Below are positions 56,703 to 64,000 of a stretch of DNA of 64,000 nt, piece after piece. The translations under genes and the position numbers were made by a program. How positions within the stretch are numbered: position 1 is the stretch's first letter; each line of letters begins with the position of its first letter. Source of the stretch: Eledone cirrhosa (Eukaryota). The stretch spans positions 62,372,001-62,436,000 of the forward strand of contig OZ024742.1 in NCBI GenBank assembly GCA_964016885.1, written 5' to 3'. Below the pieces are notes generated by a model. The model made no database searches and was not told the DNA's origin. It saw nothing but the letters and a program-made list of their open reading frames with translations.

Positions 56703-59650
56703 GTTTACAATGACGTCAGGAGTACTATTACTGTTATTATTACTCAATATTGGAAGGAAGAGATTTAGTATTTAATATTTTGTTGTTGTGTTTAGAGATG
56801 ATGTTGGAAATATTGGAGGATGTAGAATACGAAAATTTGATGGTGTGTTTGTTAAATATTTTACTATAGATATGTGAGGGAGGGAAGCATTTATTTAAGG
56901 CACTAAAAAATAATTTAGGAATATTGTTATTAATAGAGATGGAGAAAGGAGCATTATACCAGATTATGTTTTTGTATCTAGGTCTTTTATTAAAATTATT
57001 GGAATGGTTATGATTAAATATTCTACTGTAAGTTTTCCTAGAATTTGTTTCTTTATTATATTTGATTTTATCTGGATAGCCGGCTTTAGAAAGTGCGTTA
57101 TTATAGTAATTGGCGTTAGCATCAAAGATGTTTTTATTAGAAGATATGTTAGATATTCTATTTCCAATATTATTAACTATAGCATTCTTGATATTGGTAG
57201 GATGGTTAGATTTAAAGTTAACATAATTAAGATTCTCATTGTTTTTATGGTAAGGGTAATATAGATTAATGTTAGATTAATCGCCCCCTCTAAATCTGAT
57301 CTGGGGGTTGTTAGTAAAGCCATCTTGGATAGGATTATCCCACAGGTTAGTTCTAATTGCTCTTCTTTAAACCTAAATTTATGGTTTGGTACTTCTGAAG
57401 TGATTGGCTGGTTCAACAAATTGGATAATAAAAACAAACTAAAATTTATTCAATTCGATATTGCCAGCTACTATTCCTCCATTTCGCCTTCACTTCTCAA
57501 TAATGCTCTATCTTTCGCACTTAAATATTCTGACATCACCACAGATGAACTTCACATCATCCTCACCGCACGTAAAACCATCCTAGAGTTCAACAACGAA
57601 TATTGGACCAGAGCCGATACCTCTAACAACTTCGACATCACAATGGGAGCATCCGATTCATCCCAATTGAAAACAAAATATTAAATACTAAATCTCTTCC
57701 TTCCAATATTGAATTTCATAATAACAGTAATAGTACTCCTGACGTCATTGTAAACCCTAGGCTAACTTCTGTAAACCCAAATGCAACATCAAACACAACT
57801 TCGCTAAATGTTCATAATCCAACTCTAAATCAAGAAACTATTATTCCTATTATTCCTATCACAAACAACTTCTCCAATCCAATTCCTTCTATAGATAACA
57901 CTAGATCACTCATTAATAATCTCTCTAATTGCAACTGCCGCATTAAAAATAAATGTCCTCTCAACAACCATTGCCTCGATAAAAACTTAATTTATGAATG
58001 TAAAATTATAACTAGCACCAATTCCTTCACCTATTTTGGCTCCACTTCCACCTCTTTTAAAGCTCGTCTCTATAATCATCATTCATCTTTCAAATACAAA
58101 CTTAAAAGAACTAACACTGCTCTCTCAGAACTCATATGGTCCTTAAAAGACAAAAACATTAAATATAACATCTTTTGGAAAAAGATTTCTTCTGCATCCT
58201 CGTACTTGAACAGCTCTCTATCTAAAATCTGTAATCTCTGCCTAAATGAAAAATTTACCATTATCTCTAACCTAGAATCCATAATAAATAGACGCTCGGA
58301 TTTGTTTTCTATCTGCCTGCATAAATTCCATAGAACTTTTCACAAAGTATACAGTTAATATTCAATTCTTTATCAATTTAGAATCTTTTCTCAAAGGCAC
58401 ATATACATACACCTCTTTAAAATATACCCATCTACCTTACTTTAAAGGGCATTATACACTCTATAATACTCGTTTACTCATTACCCTCATTCTATCTTCT
58501 CGTAAAACAATAACATTTGTTTTTGACATTTTGAATATTCATCCGCAATCATTATTATTTTTTCTCTCTATCATAAATCTTTTTAATCTCAATTTCATCC
58601 TTAATTTATTATTATATATTTTTTTAATATATACTCATATATTCTTTAAAATATACCCATCTACCTTACTTTAAAGGGCATTATACACTCTATAATACTC
58701 GTTTACTCATTACCCTCATTCTATCTCCTCGTAAAACAATAACAATTGTTTTTGACATTTTGAGTATTCATCCGCAATCATTATTATTTTTTCTCTCTAT
58801 CATAAATCTTTTTAATCTCAATTTCATCCTTAATTTATTATTATTTTTTTCTCCCCATCAACGAACTCATTATTAATACATATGAATTCAATATACAAAC
58901 TTTAACTTCACATTATTTTTCTCAAATCCTTCTACACATAAACTTTTTCTCTTTGCTAATTTTAAAATTCCTACATTTCTTCTTTTGACGTTAGAATATT
59001 CACCCACAATTATTATTTTTTTCTCTCTATCTTCATACATAATTTCCCTTCGTTAATTTTCAAATTCCTTTAATTTATACATTATCTTCCAACAGTTCCC
59101 AACCTCTCTATATTAAAACATTATATCTTTTTCTCAGTTATAAAAACTATCTCTTTCTCTCTATCACCCATCTCTCCCTTTCCACCTTCACTCTCATCTC
59201 CTCCCCTTTTTTTCATCCTTTCCAACCCCCCCCTCCCTAAATATAATATATTTTTTCCTCGCACATATCCTCCCTTCGTTAATTTTCAAAATTTTTAATT
59301 TATACAGTATCTTCCAACGGTTTTCAACCCCTCTATATAAAATATATCTCCTCTCAGTTATAAAAACTATCTCTTTCTCTCTATCACCCATCTCTCCCTC
59401 TCATCTCCTTCCCTTTTCATCCTTTTCTCTCCCCCCCCCTCTCTAAATAAAATATTTTTCCCAATATCACACATCAATCTAAAACCACTTTTCATATGTT
59501 GATTTAAAACTGCACTATCAACAAGTCTTTTTTAGCCTTCATATCATGTTCTCCTGTTTTATCTGATGAAAACACAAATATTATTGTTTGATGGTGTTTG
59601 TTTTTGAAATGCGCATAATAAAATATATTGAACTCCTTTAACCATCTTTT
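56703..59650 (+). mobile_element. Rearranged Naiad-like PLE
   Basis: RT piece 57265-57665 (KFIQFDIASYYSSI), GIY-YIG 57930-58358, linker region inverted at 56703-56990, 3' UTR with a 230-bp tandem duplication at 58413-58850. Confidence 0.88.
59557..59623 (+). ncRNA. Type I hammerhead ribozyme motif at PLE 3' end
   Basis: ttttat-CTGATGA-aaacacaaata...tgtttgttttt-GAAA-TGCGCAT-a-ataaaa. Confidence 0.7.
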
Positions 59651-59655
59651 GATCT

Positions 59656-59759
<104 letters not shown>

Positions 59760-59820
59760 ATATATTGTTATGGAATAAAAAAAATATATATATATATATA
59801 TATTGATATATATATATATA

Positions 59821-60495
59821 AATTTCGTATTTCTAAAGAAGCGGGGTATATTTACACGAAACATTTAGGAAGCCGTAGCTATGCAAACACCGTGGCTAAT
59901 GCTCTCTGGTGGTGTCCAGCAGAAGCGAGGGGGACAACCGTCTATGCACTGCAGGCTTGACTGGCCTCCACCAGAACGGCCCCTCCAACCGCTTGCAACT
60001 GCTGGACTTGAGTACAGTTGAGAACATATAGTTTTCTCGCCTGTCTAAATGAGGTGATTAATCTCATTTGCATATGAAGCTGCATAAGTTGGTTCAACTT
60101 ATAATAGAATAGAAATAGGATTTCGATTCAAGCATAGCTTTATACAGAAATACTGGAAATGAAATCCTATTTCTATTCTATTATAAGAGGAGCCAACTTA
60201 TGCAGCTTCATATGCAAATGAGATTAATCACCTCAGTTAAACAGGCGAGAAAACTATATGTTCTCGACTGTTCTCAAGTCCAGCAGTTGCAAGCGGTGGG
60301 AAACCGTCTTGATAAAGGCCAGTCAAGCCTGAAATGCATAGATGGTTGTCCCCCTTGCTTCTGCTGGACACTAACAGAAGGCGTTAGCCCCAGTATTTGC
60401 ATAGCTATGGCTTTCTAAATGTTTCCTGTAAACATACCGTGTTTCTTTAGAAATACGAAATTTCTATATATATCTGTATAAAGCTATGCTTGAAA
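59821..60495. mobile_element. Fold-back element, ~300 bp arms
   Basis: 59821-60124 is the reverse complement of 60161-60462; variant motif aaccgtc-TTGATAA-a-GGC cagtcaa GCC-tGAAA-TGCAT-a-gatggtt at 60302-60348. Confidence 0.88.
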
Positions 60496-60589
<94 letters not shown>

Positions 60590-60615
60590 TTTATATATAT
60601 ATATATTTATATATA

Positions 60616-60665
<50 letters not shown>

Positions 60666-60719
60666 GTGAGGTTTTTTACAAAATGTAAAATAACCGAGGT
60701 GTCCTACACGAGTGAAAGT

Positions 60720-60857
60720 ATAAAGAAAAAGAGCTGAAATCGAAAATGCAACTGGAGTCTTATTTTAAAAAAAAAAATATTATTTGGAACCAAATAAATA
60801 TATATATATTTTTTGAATAATAAGACTCCAGTTGCATTTTCGATTTCATATTTTTTT

Positions 60858-60862
<5 letters not shown>
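60720..60862. repeat. Short fold-back of a pLTR-like 3' terminus
   Basis: tgaaatcgaaaatgcaactggagtctta / taagactccagttgcattttcgatttca; same sequence at 27715-27760. Confidence 0.8.
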
Positions 60863-60888
<26 letters not shown>

Positions 60889-61126
60889 AGAATGTCGTCT
60901 TGTTCTTTGCTTGTTTGCTACTGTCCCTTGTGTACTAAAGCCAGTTGTATTGAAACAATGTATCACTACCGATCAACTGGTGAGATGGGACTGTCTGTAT
61001 TCGTTCATTTTCCTACCTTCGCCCATATTTATTATTCATTATTCTGTGTTTAGCAACGTAGAACTCGTTTTTTCAAATTGAATTTTTTTATATGTTTATA
61101 TATATTTGCATCTTTGTGTGTTTCAG

Positions 61127-61284
61127 TTACCAACTATTTCTACTTTCACACAAAATAAAAGCATGTAATGATTCTATTGGTTGGATGATGGTGTTTAATC
61201 CCTACAGTACTTGCTTGAAAGAACCACTTAAGTGGCCAGAAATTTTATACTCAAACAAAAAGACAAAAACAGATCTGACACAAG
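61127..61284 (+). CDS. Paralogue B coding exon 4 (gene continues beyond window)
   Basis: tttcAG ... G|GTATGT; phase 2 fits the exon ending at 41547; YQLFLLSHKIKACNDSIGWMMV...TDLTQ. Confidence 0.85.
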
Positions 61285-61354
61285 GTATGTATTTATGCAT
61301 CTAATTTATTTTCAGCCAGTACAAAACTCTACTGTACAATACAATGTGTCTTTA

Positions 61355-61725
61355 GATTTTGAGCTACCCAATGGCTGGGAATGCAGTAGCATTATACCCT
61401 GCTATAAGGGTAAAGAGGAAGCACTAGACAAATGTAACTACAGAGGTATTAAATTGATGGACCAGGTGATAAACGTCACCGAAAGCGTTATAGGACAACT
61501 AATTACGGACAGAATCAAGCATGATGAGACACAGGTTGGCTTGATGCCTGGTAGGGATACTACTAGTACATTCTTCCTTTGAAAGTTTCATCCACTCTGT
61601 AATCTGGTGGGCGTACACCAGATCTTAGTCCTCAGTCCACTTCTATTTATCATTAATCTGCAGGGCATAACAGGAGTTTAAAACTGGCTCTCTATGGGGT
61701 GCTCATGTTTCCTGATGATCTAGTA
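61355..61725 (+). mobile_element. Old RTE LINE fragment
   Basis: LPNGWECSSIIPCYKGKEEALDKCNYRGIKLM...QVGLMPGRDTT. Confidence 0.85.
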
Positions 61726-61759
61726 AAACTCAAGACTTATGTGATAAGGAAGATTGAAC

Positions 61760-64000
61760 TCTAAGATCGTAATGGAAATAGTCTTGTTTGAAATATCAAA
61801 AGCATGTAAGATCACACATGAATCAAACTCTCTCAGTTGCCCTGAATTTTCTCTAGAAATTGTTCGGTGCCTTCCAAAGTTCCCAGGTCAAAAAGAGATA
61901 CACCATATTTCTATGATGGATGAACTGTGGAAAATGGTCCAGCTACTAAATTGGTTCTTTCAGTGCCTGGCATGTGTGACTTCCTCTACGATTGCTGTTG
62001 AACAACAGCAAAAACCGATGCCGATCTTCCCCTACATTTCCAGTTGAAGAACATCATCAACAACAACAACATTAAAAGCCGACCGTGTCTTCCTCTCCCG
62101 TTACTATTCACCACCACCACCAACAACAACTACAAAAACCAACCATCAATACGGAAGTTGCAGAAATTCGACAGAGTGCCTTGCTTAAAAATCTGCTCGT
62201 ATCTCTTGCCGAATCTAAAAGCATCGAGAAAGTCACTGAATCTGCCATCTATGAAGTAATTGCCATTGGTGTATCAAAAGACATAACTGATCTTCAGGAA
62301 TTTGCTGGCAACTAGTCCAAGGACCTAGACAATGTTCCTCAAAAAAGTGCTCTCTACCTTGGTTGAACAGGTCCCAAACCCAGACTAATTAAGCTGTCAT
62401 TCCCAAGCTCTACTGAGGCATGTGCATACCATTTAAACTCTGATAAGGCTAGGCGTAAAAATCGAATTACCTTTCGAACATGCCTTGGCTTATCACCTGA
62501 TATACGCCCAAAGCTACGTGCAGTAGCTTCCTTCAGTCACAACTCAGCATCGCATGAAATTTTTGGCATAGGCGACGATGGGCAGAATTGGACATTTGTT
62601 AAGTCTGCTGTGACATGTAAATGGGATACTAGTTGGTCTGAGCATATTGTACCCACAATAGCTGGCAACGAAAAATCTGTGCGAAGCTAAACAAGAACAA
62701 CCTGCCATCCCCTATATATCATCATAAACTGAAATTCAAATATAGATTATTATCCTTAAATGATCGTAGTTTATGCTACAAGATTCATCTTTTTTATTCT
62801 TATGCCAGTAGTATCGACCCCAATTTTGTTACAGTCACGGAAACATGGGTACATTCTTTACTCTGTTATGGTGACTTTAGCATAGCTGATTACAACTTGT
62901 TTCGCAAAGACCGCATTAATTGTCGTAGTGGTGGTATCATGGTCTACGTTCGTTCAAACTTTTCAGCAATTCATTGCGATTATTTGAACCAATCACAACA
63001 AAAAGTATTTTTCTGCAATATAGAAATGACCCTGTCAACACATCTACTTGGAATTGTTTAACGTCCGCCTCCAATTACCATTAAGACACACAGCCTTTTG
63101 ATATCCTCAGGCCTTCTGTCAGGAAAACATCCATTTATGTTCTCATTGCAAGCGCCTTCAATTACCCTGAGATTGATTGGGAAACCTTTCGTTGGCCGCA
63201 AAGTGCAAATGATTTCCTTGAGCTAGTGCTAGATCTGAATTGTTTCCAAGTAGACATCGCATTCACAAGCGGTAACACAGCTTCAGATCTGCTCTTTACC
63301 ATTACTCCTGAAACGGTTATAAGTGTCTCTACTGAGGAACCTTTAGATGACTCTGATCATGCTATGATCATTGCCAATCTGTCTCTTATGGGCAGTATCA
63401 AAAACCACAACAATTTCCAAACTTCTCGCTTTGACTAGAATAAAGCAGACAGGAATTCTTACAACACTGAGCTACAACGCCCAAACTGGCTTGAATTATT
63501 TCGACTCTTGAGATGTGAATACTATACTCCAAAACATCCTGAATTCAATATGGACAGCATGTGCAGCGTCAGTACCACGTAAAACAAAAAAAACAACACC
63601 CCAAAAGTGCAATTTGGGAGACTGCAGCACTCCGACGTGCCAGGAAAGAACGTCGTGATGCTGAATGGGAATACAGACTACATAAGATCAGAGGTTAATA
63701 GAAAAAAGCGCCATAGATCATCTTATCATCTCAAGCAGATGGCAAAAAATGCAGTGCTTGAACAGCATATATCGACCCACCCTGACAGCAAAGTGTTCTG
63801 GAAATATGTACTTTCAAAGCAGAGATCTCACTCTCCAATTGGTCCTATTTGCCATCCCCATACAGGCTGGATTACTGACGGTCCCAAAGAATGCGCAGCG
63901 CGTATTGCTGAATGCTATGAAGGCATTTTGAAAATCAAAATGTACCATCTCTACCACATCTGACATCAAATTCTATAGCAACTAGGAAAGCTACACCTGA
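61760..64000 (+). mobile_element. Degenerate CR1/L2/Jockey-group LINE (ORF1 remnant + APE endonuclease)
   Basis: VTETW, YNLFRKDR...GGGIMVYVR, FNYPEIDW, DLLFT...SDHAMI, SKVFWKYV; many stops. Confidence 0.75.

Overview
AT-rich eukaryotic DNA, most likely an octopus or other coleoid cephalopod (inferred from SINE type, RTE LINEs and very dense microsatellites). Most ORF-track entries are microsatellite artefacts. Real coding content is a tandem pair of spliced paralogues on the + strand. The window holds the last two exons of one (258-415, 3841-3890) and four coding exons of the other (37528-61284; signal peptide + PAN/Apple-like domain + an uncharacterised Cys/Trp domain). The rest is decayed transposons: RTE, CRE, CR1/L2-like, Tigger, mariner, Helitrons, SINEs and several Penelope-like elements (PLEs). 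Three things stand out. (1) More than 20 minimal type I hammerhead-ribozyme-like motifs. (2) About ten unrelated miniature fold-back elements, mostly beside (TA)n tracts, many with such a motif in each arm. (3) An inverted, unspliced copy of a host exon lying between two hammerhead-like PLE ends (30631-33366), which looks like PLE-mediated exon capture. All alignments and folds were done by eye; repeat boundaries are approximate.
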